Positions 19,139 to 29,964 of a stretch of DNA of 64,000 nucleotides are shown in pieces. The stretch comes from Alphaproteobacteria bacterium (GTDB lineage Bacteria; Pseudomonadota; Alphaproteobacteria; GM7ARS4; G965262615). Below the pieces are notes generated by a model, which searched no databases, was not told where the DNA came from, and saw only the letters and a program-made list of their open reading frames with translations. Where the stretch lies: positions 576,001-640,000 of the forward strand of contig OZ253545.1 in the NCBI GenBank assembly GCA_965262615.1, written 5' to 3'. The translations under genes and the position numbers were made by a program. How positions within the stretch are numbered: position 1 is the first letter of the stretch; every line of letters begins with the position of its first letter.

Positions 19139-19603
19139 ATGAACAAACTTGTGAAGCAATACGAAGAGGGTTTGCGCGCGTCGCTAACCACTGATGTTCC
19201 CGATTTTAGGGCGGGCGATAGTCTTCGGGTGCATGTGAAGGTCACGGAGGGTGAGCGCGAGCGGGTGCAAATCTTTGAGGGCGTTTGCATTGCGCGGCGG
19301 ATGCGGGGAATTCATAGTTCTTTTACGGTGCGGAAGGTATCCTATGGCGAGGGTGTGGAGCGGGTTTTCCCCTTGCACTCGCCGCGCTTGGCATCCATTG
19401 AGGTCGTAAGACTCGGCAAGGTGCGGCGCGCCAAATTGTATTATTTGCGTGGTTTGAGCGGCAGAAAGGCGCGTATTGAAGAGCGCAAAACGCTTGTTGG
19501 CAAAAGCACAAAAGAAGCTGTGCCGTCCAAAACGGAACAGTCCGCCGCGACAGCCGAATCTGCACAGCAGGCGGGCGATGCGAGCGATGCCACAGACCCA
19601 TAA
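19139..19603 (+). CDS. rplS: 50S ribosomal protein L19
   Basis: [34 protein letters not shown]. Confidence 0.98.
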   Translation: MNKLVKQYEEGLRASLTTDVPDFRAGDSLRVHVKVTEGERERVQIFEGVCIARRMRGIHSSFTVRKVSYGEGVERVFPLHSPRLASIEVVRLGKVRRAKLYYLRGLSGRKARIEERKTLVGKSTKEAVPSKTEQSAATAESAQQAGDASDATDP

Positions 19604-21011
19604 ACAAACACTCTATGACAAAATTTGGCAGCGTCATCTGGTGCATGAGTCCGATGACGGCGTGTGCTTGTTGTATATTGACCGCCATCTGATTCATGAG
19701 GTCACCTCGCCGCAGGCTTTTGAGGCATTGCGTCTCTCGGACAGACAGCCGCGCCGCGCAAAAGCAGCACTCGCGGTGGCTGACCACAATGTCCCCACGC
19801 TCTTTAGGCAAAAAGGAATCATTGAGGATGACGAGTCCCGTCTGCAGGTGGAGGCACTGCGGAATAATTGTCAGCAGTATGATATTCGCTATTTTGACAT
19901 GGATGATGCGCGGCGCGGCATTGTCCATGTGATTGGTCCCGAACAAGGATTCACCCAGCCGGGCATGACCATTGTGTGTGGCGATTCTCACACCTCAACG
20001 CATGGTGCGTTTGGGGCATTGGCGTTTGGCATCGGCACATCGGAGGTGGAGCATGTGCTTGCCACGCAAACATTGCGGACGGCTCGCTCACGCAACATGC
20101 GCATCACGGTGACGGGGGCGCGCGCCGATGGCGTGACGGCAAAAGACATTATTCTTGCCATCATTGGCACGATTGGCACGGCGGGCGGCACGGGGCATGT
20201 GATTGAGTATGCGGGCGATTCCATTGGTTCTCTTGATATGGCGGGTCGCATGAGCATTTGTAATATGTCCATTGAGGCGGGGGCGCGAGCGGGACTCATT
20301 GCTCCCGATGCCACCACCGAGCAGTGGATTAAAGGTCGTCCCTTTGCTCCCAACGATGAACAATGGGAAGCGGCGACTTCCTACTGGCGGCAATTGTATT
20401 CCGATGAGGGTGCAGTGTTTGACAACGAAGTGGCTTTGGATGCCACGCAGATTGCCCCACAAGTGACATGGGGAACAACGCCACAGGATGTGGAGTCGGT
20501 CACCGCTCATGTTCCCGATCCTCATCAAGAGGAGAATCCGCAGCGGCGCGCCGCCATGGAGCGCGCTCTGGATTACATGGGACTTCGGGCAGGCATGGCT
20601 CTCACCGACATTGCCATTGACCATGTTTTTATTGGCTCTTGCACCAATGCTCGCTTGGAGGATTTGCGCGCCGCGGCAGAAATTGTGAGAGGTAAGAGGG
20701 TCGATAAAAATGTGGAGAAACGAGCAATAGTAGTACCGGGTTCTGGCTTGGTCAAAGAGCAGGCGGAAAAAGAGGGGTTGGATCGCATCTTTGTCCAAGC
20801 GGGATTTGAGTGGCGCGAGGCGGGATGCTCCATGTGTCTTGCCATGAATCCAGACCGCTTGGGTCCAGGGGAGCGATGTGCCTCCACATCCAATCGCAAC
20901 TTTGAAGGACGACAAGGGCGCGGCGGACGAACCCATCTCATGAGCCCCATCATGGCTGCCGCCGCCGCCATTGATGGACACATCACCGATGTCAGAGAGC
21001 ACTTGTCATAA
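19587..21011 (+). CDS. leuC: 3-isopropylmalate dehydratase large subunit
   Basis: [40 protein letters not shown]. Confidence 0.98.
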   Translation: MPQTHKQTLYDKIWQRHLVHESDDGVCLLYIDRHLIHEVTSPQAFEALRLSDRQPRRAKAALAVADHNVPTLFRQKGIIEDDESRLQVEALRNNCQQYDIRYFDMDDARRGIVHVIGPEQGFTQPGMTIVCGDSHTSTHGAFGALAFGIGTSEVEHVLATQTLRTARSRNMRITVTGARADGVTAKDIILAIIGTIGTAGGTGHVIEYAGDSIGSLDMAGRMSICNMSIEAGARAGLIAPDATTEQWIKGRPFAPNDEQWEAATSYWRQLYSDEGAVFDNEVALDATQIAPQVTWGTTPQDVESVTAHVPDPHQEENPQRRAAMERALDYMGLRAGMALTDIAIDHVFIGSCTNARLEDLRAAAEIVRGKRVDKNVEKRAIVVPGSGLVKEQAEKEGLDRIFVQAGFEWREAGCSMCLAMNPDRLGPGERCASTSNRNFEGRQGRGGRTHLMSPIMAAAAAIDGHITDVREHLS

Positions 21012-21661
21012 TGGAGGCTTTTACGACTCTCACATCTCTTGCCGCGCCTTTGTGGAATCAAAGGACGGACGCGACGCACAATCAGCCGCCCGCATTGCGT
21101 GACAATGTGGATACCGACCTCATCATTCCCAAGCAATTTCTTAAAGTGTTGCAGCGCAAAGGATTGGGGAACGGACTCTTTTATGACTTGCGTCATGATG
21201 ACAAGGGAAACCCAGTCAAAGGCTTTGTGTTGGATGAGCCATGCTACCGAGGCGCGCGCATTTTGTTGGCAGGAGACAATTTCGGCAGTGGCTCATCGCG
21301 CGAGCATGCCGTTTGGTCTTTGGATGATGCGGGATTTCGCTGTGTCATTGCCAGCAGCTTTGCCGATATTTTTTACAATAATTGTTTCAAAAACGGCGTT
21401 TTGCCCATCACGCTGTCACCCGAACAAGTGATTGACTTGGCTGGCTTTGCCGCACACACCCAAGAACCCATCACGGTGGATTTGCCTAAGCAAACGGTGA
21501 CGCGTGCCGATGGTGTCACCTACGATTTCACCATTGAGCCGTTTCGCAAAAAATGTCTCCTAGAGGCTTTGGATGATATAGCTTTGACGAGCGCACACGA
21601 GGCTGCCATCACCGCCTTTGAAAAGACCAATCGCACAGAACTGCCGTGGCTATGGTCGTGA
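21011..21661 (+). CDS. leuD: 3-isopropylmalate dehydratase small subunit
   Basis: [33 protein letters not shown]. Confidence 0.97.
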   Translation: MEAFTTLTSLAAPLWNQRTDATHNQPPALRDNVDTDLIIPKQFLKVLQRKGLGNGLFYDLRHDDKGNPVKGFVLDEPCYRGARILLAGDNFGSGSSREHAVWSLDDAGFRCVIASSFADIFYNNCFKNGVLPITLSPEQVIDLAGFAAHTQEPITVDLPKQTVTRADGVTYDFTIEPFRKKCLLEALDDIALTSAHEAAITAFEKTNRTELPWLWS

Positions 21662-22767
21662 AAAAAGACGGCGCGATTCTTATGCTGGCGGGGGATGGCA
21701 TTGGGGTTGAGGTCATGGCACAAGCGACGCGTGTGTTGCAGTGTTTGAATGAGATGGGCGCGTGTCAGCATCGCTGGCAGCACGAGCTCATCGGTGGGGC
21801 ATCCTACGACCAGCACGGCGAGCCTCTCACTCAAGAGACACTGCGCGCGGCGTGTGCCGCCGATGCCGTCTTGCTGGGCGCAGTGGGAGGCGACCAATGG
21901 AATGACCTCCCCTTTGACAAAAAACCAGAACGCGGTCTATTGGCTTTGCGCAAGGGCATGGAATTATACGCCAATTTGCGTCCCGCGGTGGTTTTTGACC
22001 CATTGGCGAATTCCTCAACTTTGAAAAAAGACATTGTGAAGGGACTGGACATGATGATCATTCGCGAGCTCACAGGCGGCATTTATTTTGGTGAGCCGCG
22101 CGGCATTGAGACTTTGCAAAGCGGCAAAAAAAGAGGCATTAACAGTCTTGTGTATGACTCCGATGAGATTGAACGCATCGGACGCATGGCGTTTGATATT
22201 GCTCGCGTCCGCAAGAAAATTCTTTGCTCGGTGGATAAAGCCAATGTGTTGGAATGCACTCTTTTGTGGCGTGAGGTCATGACCCAATTGGCTGAGGAGT
22301 ATCGGGATGTCACATTGACTCATATGTATGTTGACAATGCGGCGATGCAATTGATTCGCCATCCCGCCCAGTTTGATGTTGTGGTGACCACCAACATGTT
22401 TGGCGACATTCTCTCTGATGCGGCGGCGATGCTGACGGGCTCATTGGGCATGTTGCCGTCGGCATCTTTGGGCGCGGCGCAGGAGGGCAACAAACGACTC
22501 GGGCTCTATGAGCCGGTGCATGGCAGTGCCCCCGACATTGCCGGTTTGAATAAAGCCAATCCTCTTGCCATGATTCTCAGTGTTGCCATGATGCTGCGCT
22601 GGTCATTTGCCGATGAAGGCGCGGCGCGCGCGGTGGAACTCGCCGTTGCCGATGTGCTGCGCGCTGGGCATCGCACGCACGATCTCATTCATGAGGGTGA
22701 TGCCACCGCCTGTTCCACTTCGGACATGGGGGCTCATGTGTGTCGCGCCCTCACACAAAGATTATGA
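21652..22767 (+). CDS. leuB: 3-isopropylmalate dehydrogenase
   Basis: [38 protein letters not shown]. Confidence 0.98.
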   Translation: MVVKKDGAILMLAGDGIGVEVMAQATRVLQCLNEMGACQHRWQHELIGGASYDQHGEPLTQETLRAACAADAVLLGAVGGDQWNDLPFDKKPERGLLALRKGMELYANLRPAVVFDPLANSSTLKKDIVKGLDMMIIRELTGGIYFGEPRGIETLQSGKKRGINSLVYDSDEIERIGRMAFDIARVRKKILCSVDKANVLECTLLWREVMTQLAEEYRDVTLTHMYVDNAAMQLIRHPAQFDVVVTTNMFGDILSDAAAMLTGSLGMLPSASLGAAQEGNKRLGLYEPVHGSAPDIAGLNKANPLAMILSVAMMLRWSFADEGAARAVELAVADVLRAGHRTHDLIHEGDATACSTSDMGAHVCRALTQRL

Positions 22768-23789
22768 CGGACACGAAAGGCATCAGTCTGGCTGTGGTGG
22801 GGGCGACAGGCAATGTGGGGCGAGAGATTATTGCCATTGTGCAAGAGAGACAATTGCCCTATCGCCAGCTGTATGCGGTGGCTTCGGCAAAATCGGCGGG
22901 CAGCACCATTCCATTAGAATCGGGCGGCGCGGCGGTGGTGGAGGATTTAGCGTCCTTTGATTTTAGCAAGGCGGATGTGGTGTTGGCATCGGCGGGCGGC
23001 GCGGTGGCGGCGGAATTTGCTCCCAAAGCCGTCCAGCAAGGCGCAGTGGTGATTGATAACTCATCTCATTTTCGCATGGAACAGGATGTGCCTCTCATTG
23101 TGCCCGAGGTCAATGGCGATGATGTGCAGAGATGCGCGCGCGGAATTATTGCCAATCCCAATTGTTCCACCATTCAGATGGTGGTGCTGCTGCACCATTT
23201 GCTTACCTTGTCGGACATTGAGCATCTATCGGTGGCGACCTATCAGTCGGTTTCGGGGGCGGGGCGCGCCGCCATGGACGAATTGTTTGAGCAAACATCC
23301 GCCATCTATAACAATCAACCCATTGAGCGCGCTCATTTTACCAAACAGATTGCGTTTAATGTCATTCCCCATATTGATGTCTTCATGGAGGACGGCAGCA
23401 CCCGTGAGGAGTGGAAGATGGTGGCAGAGACGCAAAAAATTCTGGCGCGTTCCATTTCCATGATGGCAAGCTGCGTGCGCGTGCCGGTCTTTGTGGGACA
23501 CGGTGAGGCGATTCACATTGTTTTTCGCCATGAGGTGGATGAGGATGATGTGCGCCGCGTGCTGAGCAATGCCGCCAATGTGGCGGTGGTGGATCATCGG
23601 GTGGATGAGGGCTATGTGACACCCCTTGAGGCGGCGGGCGAGGATGCCATTTATGTGAGCCGCATTCGCCAAAACCCCAATGACCGCCGCATGGTGGCAC
23701 TGTGGTGTGTCGCCGACAATCTGCGCAAAGGTGCAGCCCTCAATGCCGTACAAATCGCCGAAAACTGGATTAAGCAAAAATGGGGGTGA
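22764..23789 (+). CDS. asd: Aspartate-semialdehyde dehydrogenase
   Basis: [41 protein letters not shown]. Confidence 0.98.
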   Translation: MTDTKGISLAVVGATGNVGREIIAIVQERQLPYRQLYAVASAKSAGSTIPLESGGAAVVEDLASFDFSKADVVLASAGGAVAAEFAPKAVQQGAVVIDNSSHFRMEQDVPLIVPEVNGDDVQRCARGIIANPNCSTIQMVVLLHHLLTLSDIEHLSVATYQSVSGAGRAAMDELFEQTSAIYNNQPIERAHFTKQIAFNVIPHIDVFMEDGSTREEWKMVAETQKILARSISMMASCVRVPVFVGHGEAIHIVFRHEVDEDDVRRVLSNAANVAVVDHRVDEGYVTPLEAAGEDAIYVSRIRQNPNDRRMVALWCVADNLRKGAALNAVQIAENWIKQKWG

Positions 23790-23816
23790 TAACCGCTATG
23801 CCTCTTTGAAGGCTTT

Positions 23817-25577
23817 TTAGCTGGGTAATCCCTGCTTCGTTGCACTTGTCGCAACAGCCACAATGGCATCCAATTTTTCTTTAATTTCATCGTCAATTTC
23901 ATCCTTTGGGATATAGTCCACTAATTCGCAAAATTTATTCTTTTGCATAGTCATCCTAGATATGTTATAATCAACTGAGTAGCACTTGAACACGGGGGCG
24001 AGAAAATCACGACTCGCTTTTATGTCATCGCTCCACGGGCTAGGTTTATCTGATTTTTCCAGCTCGTCTGAGATTTTGGAGATGGCTTTTTCCATAGCCT
24101 CTTTTCTTTTCTCCTTCTCTTGTAAGTCAAAAAGCGGAGCTTCTTCTTCCACCTGTCTGATAGCATAAGCTATGAGCGTTTTTCTCGTACATAGGTAATT
24201 TTCAATTTCTCTTTTTTTCCACATAAGACAGCGAAACGAATCACTTTTTATATCAGTTTCCAGACGGTCAAATAAAGCGATGGCTTCAAGGTCTGGGAAT
24301 GCTTCTTTCAATCCATGATAGTGATCCTTTGCAAGCTTGGGTTGATTGCCGACATAATGGACAAAAACTTTGCTTAATACTTTCATTGCTTCGTTATGTT
24401 GAAGCCGACTTGCAAAAGTCCGTAGAATTTCCCTGTCGGTTGCTCCTTCAAGATACAACACCCATCCCATCTTTTCAGCTTGGAAGTAATCTGCAGAATT
24501 AATGCTAGCCAGTGCTTTTTTCATCTGACTTTTATCTTTTACTGTTAGAGTGTGAGGATTATCCCCTGTGAATGCAATAGCAATGTGTGCGCCAACCGCT
24601 TCCTCTAACAGCACTTCTGAATGACTGGCTGCGATGATTTGGCTTCCGTTACTTTTGGCAATTTTTGTTATGACATCATAATTTTCACGCTGGCGAATGA
24701 TTTCAAGATGTGCGTCAGGTTCATCCAACATGACAATCGCATTTGGATTGGCTTTCATATAAGCCAAAATTAACAGGGTTTGTTGTAGCCCGCGTCCACT
24801 GGATGATAAGTCTAAATCGGTATTATTTTCGCTGTAAGCCATTGTAATTTCTCCTCGCTCGCGAATATGTTGAGGCTCTTTAATTTTGACCTGAAAAAGA
24901 GCCTCCATTTCTTCTGTTACCGACTTCCACTCATTTGGTTTTTCCTCTGCAAGTTGCAAACAAAGATTGCGCAAAACTTCAGCCGTGCGCCCCTCACCAA
25001 TTCTGACATTGACTGCCCCACTATCAATTTTTGTCTCAACCGCCACCAGTCCCGACATGGGAGGCAAGAATGCTATATTCAATTCTTTTGCTTCATCTGG
25101 AACGAGCATATGCTCTTTCCCAGCGTCATCGGTTCGTAAAGGGCGACAGTAAAAGCTTTCTGGATTGAAAAAATCAAATTCCATTCCACATTTCCAAGGG
25201 ATATCATTGGCTTCTCCATCCACAGTGACTTCAATACGCACATTTTTTGTTTTTTGCCTTCCACTTTCCCTTGATACATCCCGCGTGTGAAGATTATTCC
25301 AAAGCAAATTAGATGCTGGATTAGGGATTGCAAAAAGGTCTTTCCTATTAACCGCAACTCCCCGCCCTTTTTTTGCTTTTGAATCTGTTGAACGCTTTGC
25401 TGTCCAGCATTTCAAACCAACATTCCACAAATAGATTGCTTGCATCGCTGATGTTTTGCCAGAATTATTGGGACCCACAAAAACAACTGGATTGCCCAGT
25501 TCAATTTCCACTTTACTCTTGAACCTTTTGAAATTTTGTATTGTGAGCTTGGTCAGCATTTTCAAACTATCGCACAT
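23817..25577 (-). CDS. ABC-type ATPase fused to TOPRIM-like domain (OLD / fused PARIS-like nuclease)
   Basis: Walker A GPNNSGKT, signature-like SSGRG, Walker B MLDEPDAHL, ASHS; C-terminal YLEGATD...REIENYL; AT-rich, opposite strand to neighbours. Confidence 0.8.
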   Translation of the reverse strand: MCDSLKMLTKLTIQNFKRFKSKVEIELGNPVVFVGPNNSGKTSAMQAIYLWNVGLKCWTAKRSTDSKAKKGRGVAVNRKDLFAIPNPASNLLWNNLHTRDVSRESGRQKTKNVRIEVTVDGEANDIPWKCGMEFDFFNPESFYCRPLRTDDAGKEHMLVPDEAKELNIAFLPPMSGLVAVETKIDSGAVNVRIGEGRTAEVLRNLCLQLAEEKPNEWKSVTEEMEALFQVKIKEPQHIRERGEITMAYSENNTDLDLSSSGRGLQQTLLILAYMKANPNAIVMLDEPDAHLEIIRQRENYDVITKIAKSNGSQIIAASHSEVLLEEAVGAHIAIAFTGDNPHTLTVKDKSQMKKALASINSADYFQAEKMGWVLYLEGATDREILRTFASRLQHNEAMKVLSKVFVHYVGNQPKLAKDHYHGLKEAFPDLEAIALFDRLETDIKSDSFRCLMWKKREIENYLCTRKTLIAYAIRQVEEEAPLFDLQEKEKRKEAMEKAISKISDELEKSDKPSPWSDDIKASRDFLAPVFKCYSVDYNISRMTMQKNKFCELVDYIPKDEIDDEIKEKLDAIVAVATSATKQGLPS

Positions 25578-25659
25578 ATTTCATAAATGGACAACGCCAT
25601 TCCACCGATTAATCATTATGACCTTGCGAGGGGACGGTCATCTTGCTAGAAGGTCATCC

Positions 25660-26703
25660 ATGAAAAACTTTCCCAGTCGTTTTTTTGAAGATTATCATCC
25701 CCAATTGGAGATTGACCACTGCGTGCCGCGCACCATCACTGCGGGCGATGTGGCTCTCTATATGGCGGTGACGGGCAGTCGCTTTGCCCTGCACAGCAGC
25801 GAGCCATTGGCACAGGCGATGGGATTTGCCGCCATGCCGGTGGAGGATATTTTGGTGTTTCACATTGCGTTTGGACGCACCGTGCCGGATTTATCTCTCA
25901 ATGCCATTGCCAATTTGGGCTACGGCGAATGTGTCTTTGGTGCGCCTGTTTTTGTGGGCGATACCATCACGGCGCGCTCTGTCATCACGGGGGTGAAGGA
26001 AAACTCCAATGGCAAAACGGGAACGGTGTGGGTTCATTCCACCGCCACCAATCAAAGGGGTGCGATGGTGCTGGACTATCATCGCTGGCTCATGATGCGT
26101 AAAAAAGATGCGCGCGCAAAGCCGCCGCAAACGGTGATTCCATCCCTTGCCTCCCATGTGTCTCATGACAAATTCGTTCTGCCCCAGACGCTGAAACCGC
26201 ACTGGAACACCACCGCCAGTGGCTCGAAGGCTCTGTGGGATGATTATGACATCGGCGAGACCATTCATCATCAGGATGGACAGACCATTGAGGAGGCGGA
26301 GCATCAGATGGTGACGCGTTTGTATCAAAACAATGCGCGCGTGCATTTTAATCAGCATGTGGAAAAAGACGGACGCTTCGGGCGGCGCATCATTTACGGC
26401 GGGCATGTGATTTCTCTGGCGCGAGCTCTGTCGTGCAATGGTCTTGCCAATGGGTGGCGGGTGGCAGCCATTCATGGCGGACGCCACAGCGCGCCCACTT
26501 TTGCAGGCGACACCCTCTATGGATGGTCGTCCATTGAGGACAAACAGCCTCTGAATGACCACTGGGGAGCATTGCGCGTGCGCACCATTGTTGCTAAAAA
26601 TGACGACACAATGATCTTCCCCGCTCGTGATGATCAAAAATGGAAGGAATCCATCGTTTTGGATTTAGACTACAGCGTCCTCATGGCGCGAACGGCGGCG
26701 TGA
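25660..26703 (+). CDS. mch: Double MaoC hot-dog dehydratase, mesaconyl-CoA hydratase-like
   Basis: RFFEDY, PRT, SLNAIANLGY, YGGHVISLARA, PTFAGDT; upstream of sdhC as in Rhodobacterales. Confidence 0.8.
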   Translation: MKNFPSRFFEDYHPQLEIDHCVPRTITAGDVALYMAVTGSRFALHSSEPLAQAMGFAAMPVEDILVFHIAFGRTVPDLSLNAIANLGYGECVFGAPVFVGDTITARSVITGVKENSNGKTGTVWVHSTATNQRGAMVLDYHRWLMMRKKDARAKPPQTVIPSLASHVSHDKFVLPQTLKPHWNTTASGSKALWDDYDIGETIHHQDGQTIEEAEHQMVTRLYQNNARVHFNQHVEKDGRFGRRIIYGGHVISLARALSCNGLANGWRVAAIHGGRHSAPTFAGDTLYGWSSIEDKQPLNDHWGALRVRTIVAKNDDTMIFPARDDQKWKESIVLDLDYSVLMARTAA

Positions 26704-27071
26704 TGATTGATTTTCGCCGTCCCCTGTCCCCTCACTTGCAGATTTATAAGCCGCAGCTGACTTCGGTGCTTTCCATCACCCACCGCATGAGCGGCATGGT
26801 GCTGGGCAAGGGCGCGGGATTGCTCACCATTTGGTTGCTGCTTGTTGCCTTTGCTCCCATGACGGCACAGTGGATTTTAGACTATCAGGAGACATTGGTC
26901 TTTCGTTTGGTGGTGGGCGTGTTTGTCTGGGCACTGATGTATCACGGCTTGAACGGAGTGCGTCATTTGTTTTGGGATTGGGGCAGAGGATTTGAATTGG
27001 GAACGGCAATGGTCACGGGATGGCTGGTGTTGCTCACATCGCTGGCTGCCACCGCATGGGTGATGCTATGA
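26703..27071 (+). CDS. sdhC: Succinate dehydrogenase cytochrome b556 subunit
   Basis: RPLSPHLQIY, SITHR, NGVRHLFWD. Confidence 0.96.
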   Translation: MIDFRRPLSPHLQIYKPQLTSVLSITHRMSGMVLGKGAGLLTIWLLLVAFAPMTAQWILDYQETLVFRLVVGVFVWALMYHGLNGVRHLFWDWGRGFELGTAMVTGWLVLLTSLAATAWVML

Positions 27072-27394
27072 GCGGCGGGCGGCGGCACTGGATTGCCCAA
27101 AGGGTGAGCGCAATTGCATTGCTGTTCTTGATTGTGGCGATGGCATCGGATTTGCCGTCTTTGTCTTCGGTGATGGCATGGCGGGCGTGGCTTGCGTCTG
27201 TGGAGTGGGGCGGCGCAATGATGGCATTGCTTGTGTTGGTGTGGTGGCACTGGCAGCTGGGAATGAGGGTGATTGTGGATGACTATGTGTCCGGTTCCTT
27301 TCTTCCTGTGGTGCGGCGATTGGTGGAGGCAACGGCGGTGATTTCTGCCTTGCTGGGTGTCACGGCGGTGATGGCGATCATGATGGGGGTGTGA
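27068..27394 (+). CDS. sdhD: Succinate dehydrogenase membrane anchor
   Basis: [18 protein letters not shown]. Confidence 0.93.
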   Translation: MSGGRRHWIAQRVSAIALLFLIVAMASDLPSLSSVMAWRAWLASVEWGGAMMALLVLVWWHWQLGMRVIVDDYVSGSFLPVVRRLVEATAVISALLGVTAVMAIMMGV

Positions 27395-27395
27395 T

Positions 27396-29174
27396 GTGAC
27401 GGCATATCCATTGGTGCAACATGAATATGATGTGGTGGTGGTGGGCGCGGGAGGCTCGGGATTGCGCTGTGTCATGGGCGCGTCTGAAAAGGGACTCAAA
27501 GTCGCGTGTCTTTCTAAAGTTTTTCCCACCCGCAGTCATACGGTGGCGGCACAAGGAGGCATCAGTGCCGCGCTGGGTAACATGGGAGAGGATGACTGGC
27601 GATGGCACATGTATGACACCGTCAAAGGGTCTGATTGGCTTGGTGACCAAGATGCCATCGCCTTCATGTGTGAGCAAGCACCTCAAGCCGTCATTGAGTT
27701 GGAGCATCTGGGCGTGCCGTTTTCTCGCACCGAGGAGGGAACGATTTATCAACGAGCCTTTGGAGGCATGACAACGCACTTTGGCGAAGGACAGGCGGTA
27801 CGCACATGTGCCGCCGCCGATCGCACGGGACACGCCATTTTGCATAGTCTCTATCAGCAATCTCTTAATCATCGGGCGGATTTCTTTCATGAATTTTTCG
27901 TGCTGGATCTTTTGATGGTGGAGGGTGAGTGTCGTGGCGTGCTGGCGTGGTCACTGGAGCAGGGGGATTTGCATCTTTTTAAGGCGCACGGCACGGTCTT
28001 GGCGACAGGCGGATATGGACGCTGTTACTTCTCATGCACATCGGCTCATATTTGCACAGGCGATGGCGGCGGCATGGTGGCGCGACAGGGATTGCCTTTG
28101 CAGGATATGGAATTTATTCAATTTCACCCCACAGGTGTCTATGGCGCAGGGGTTTTAATCAGCGAGGGGGCGCGCGGCGAGGGCGGTTTTCTCACCAATA
28201 ATAAAGGTGAGCGATTTATGGAGACTTATGCTCCGCACGCATTGGATTTGGCATCACGCGATGTGGTCTCGCGCGCCATCACCATTGAGATGGAAGAAGG
28301 GCGCGGTTGTGGCGCGACGGGCGATTATATGCATCTCAATTTGAGCCATCTGTCCTCATCGGTGCTCAAGGAGCGGTTGCCTGGCATTTCTGAGATCGCT
28401 CGCGTTTTTGGCGGCGTGGATGTGAGCAAAGAACCCATTCCCATTCAGCCCACCGTTCATTACAACATGGGCGGCATTCCCACCAATATCACGGGGCAGG
28501 TTTTGGCATCGGGGGATAAGGATAATATTGTGCCTCAATTGTGGGCTTTGGGGGAGGCGGCGTGTGTGTCGGTGCATGGTGCTAATCGCTTGGGATCCAA
28601 TTCGTTGCTGGATTTGGTGGTCTTTGGCAAAGCCGCCGCCGACCAACTGGCAACCGTCATCAAAAAAGACACAAAGAAAAAAAATGTGCCACAAAAAAAT
28701 GTTGATGAAGCTCTTGCGCGCTTTGACCGTATTCGTCATGGCAAAGGTGAGCAATCCACCGCCCAATTACGGACGCATATGCAGCGCATCATGCAAAAAC
28801 ATTGTCCCGTTTATCGTGATGAGGAAACCATGAAGGAAGGAATCACACAACTTGACCAGTTGGCGCGCAGCTCCGATGCCATTGCCCTCAAGGATCGCTC
28901 TCTCATCTGGAATTCCGATTTGATGGAGGCATTGGAGTATTTGAATCTTTTGCCTCAAGCACTGACATCACTCCATTCGGCGTATCAGCGCACTGAGAGT
29001 CGTGGCGCACACGCCCGCAAGGATTTTCCAAAGCGCGATGATGACCAATGGCTCTGTCACACACTGGCGTGGTGCGATGACAAGGCGCAGCTGCGATTTG
29101 CCAAGAGAAATGTCACTCTTGACCCACAGCATAGGGATATGGCATCCATTCCTCTCAAGCAGCGAGTTTATTAA
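27396..29174 (+). CDS. sdhA: Succinate dehydrogenase flavoprotein
   Basis: [35 protein letters not shown]. Confidence 0.98.
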   Translation: MTAYPLVQHEYDVVVVGAGGSGLRCVMGASEKGLKVACLSKVFPTRSHTVAAQGGISAALGNMGEDDWRWHMYDTVKGSDWLGDQDAIAFMCEQAPQAVIELEHLGVPFSRTEEGTIYQRAFGGMTTHFGEGQAVRTCAAADRTGHAILHSLYQQSLNHRADFFHEFFVLDLLMVEGECRGVLAWSLEQGDLHLFKAHGTVLATGGYGRCYFSCTSAHICTGDGGGMVARQGLPLQDMEFIQFHPTGVYGAGVLISEGARGEGGFLTNNKGERFMETYAPHALDLASRDVVSRAITIEMEEGRGCGATGDYMHLNLSHLSSSVLKERLPGISEIARVFGGVDVSKEPIPIQPTVHYNMGGIPTNITGQVLASGDKDNIVPQLWALGEAACVSVHGANRLGSNSLLDLVVFGKAAADQLATVIKKDTKKKNVPQKNVDEALARFDRIRHGKGEQSTAQLRTHMQRIMQKHCPVYRDEETMKEGITQLDQLARSSDAIALKDRSLIWNSDLMEALEYLNLLPQALTSLHSAYQRTESRGAHARKDFPKRDDDQWLCHTLAWCDDKAQLRFAKRNVTLDPQHRDMASIPLKQRVY

Positions 29175-29187
29175 GGAGCGCGACATT

Positions 29188-29964
29188 ATGGTGCAATTGC
29201 GATTGCCCCCGCAAGATCGGGTGACCAAAGGAAACCATCATCACCAAAGCGGCATCAAGCGGCAGCAGGTGATTCATGTCTATCGCTATGACCCCAGCCA
29301 ACAAGACCAGCCGCCACGCATGGACTCCTACACCATTGATGCCGACAAGGTGGGTCCCATGATTCTGGACGCACTCATTTATATCAAAGACCACATTGAT
29401 TCGTCCGTCACCTTTCGCCGTTCGTGTCGTGAGGGCATTTGTGGCTCGTGTGCCATGAACATGAATGGGGTCAATGGATTGGCATGTTTGACACCGCGTC
29501 ACAAGCAAAAGAACATTCATATTTATCCCTTGCCTCACCAGCCCGTGATTAAGGACTTGGTATCGGATTTGACCAATTTCTATCGTCAGTATAGCAAGGT
29601 GCGTCCGTGGCTCATCAATGATGACAAAAAGCCCGCCAAAGAACGATTACAGACACCCGAGCAAAGAGCCGCCATAGAAGGACTCTATGAGTGTGTGTTG
29701 TGTGCGTGTTGTTCCACTTCGTGTCCCAGCTATTGGTGGAATGGCGACCGATTTTTGGGACCTGCGGCATTGTTGCAATCCTATCGCTTTATTGCCGACA
29801 GCCGTGACACCCGCACGCAGGAACGCCTTCGTCAATTGGATGATGACTTTGCTCTGTATCGCTGTCACACCATCATGAATTGTGTGACGGCGTGTCCGAA
29901 GGGTTTGAATCCGTCACGGGCGATTGCCATGATTAAGAAAAAGATCGCATCTCAAGGCACATGA
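29188..29964 (+). CDS. sdhB: Succinate dehydrogenase iron-sulfur subunit
   Basis: [35 protein letters not shown]...CPKGL. Confidence 0.98.
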   Translation: MVQLRLPPQDRVTKGNHHHQSGIKRQQVIHVYRYDPSQQDQPPRMDSYTIDADKVGPMILDALIYIKDHIDSSVTFRRSCREGICGSCAMNMNGVNGLACLTPRHKQKNIHIYPLPHQPVIKDLVSDLTNFYRQYSKVRPWLINDDKKPAKERLQTPEQRAAIEGLYECVLCACCSTSCPSYWWNGDRFLGPAALLQSYRFIADSRDTRTQERLRQLDDDFALYRCHTIMNCVTACPKGLNPSRAIAMIKKKIASQGT

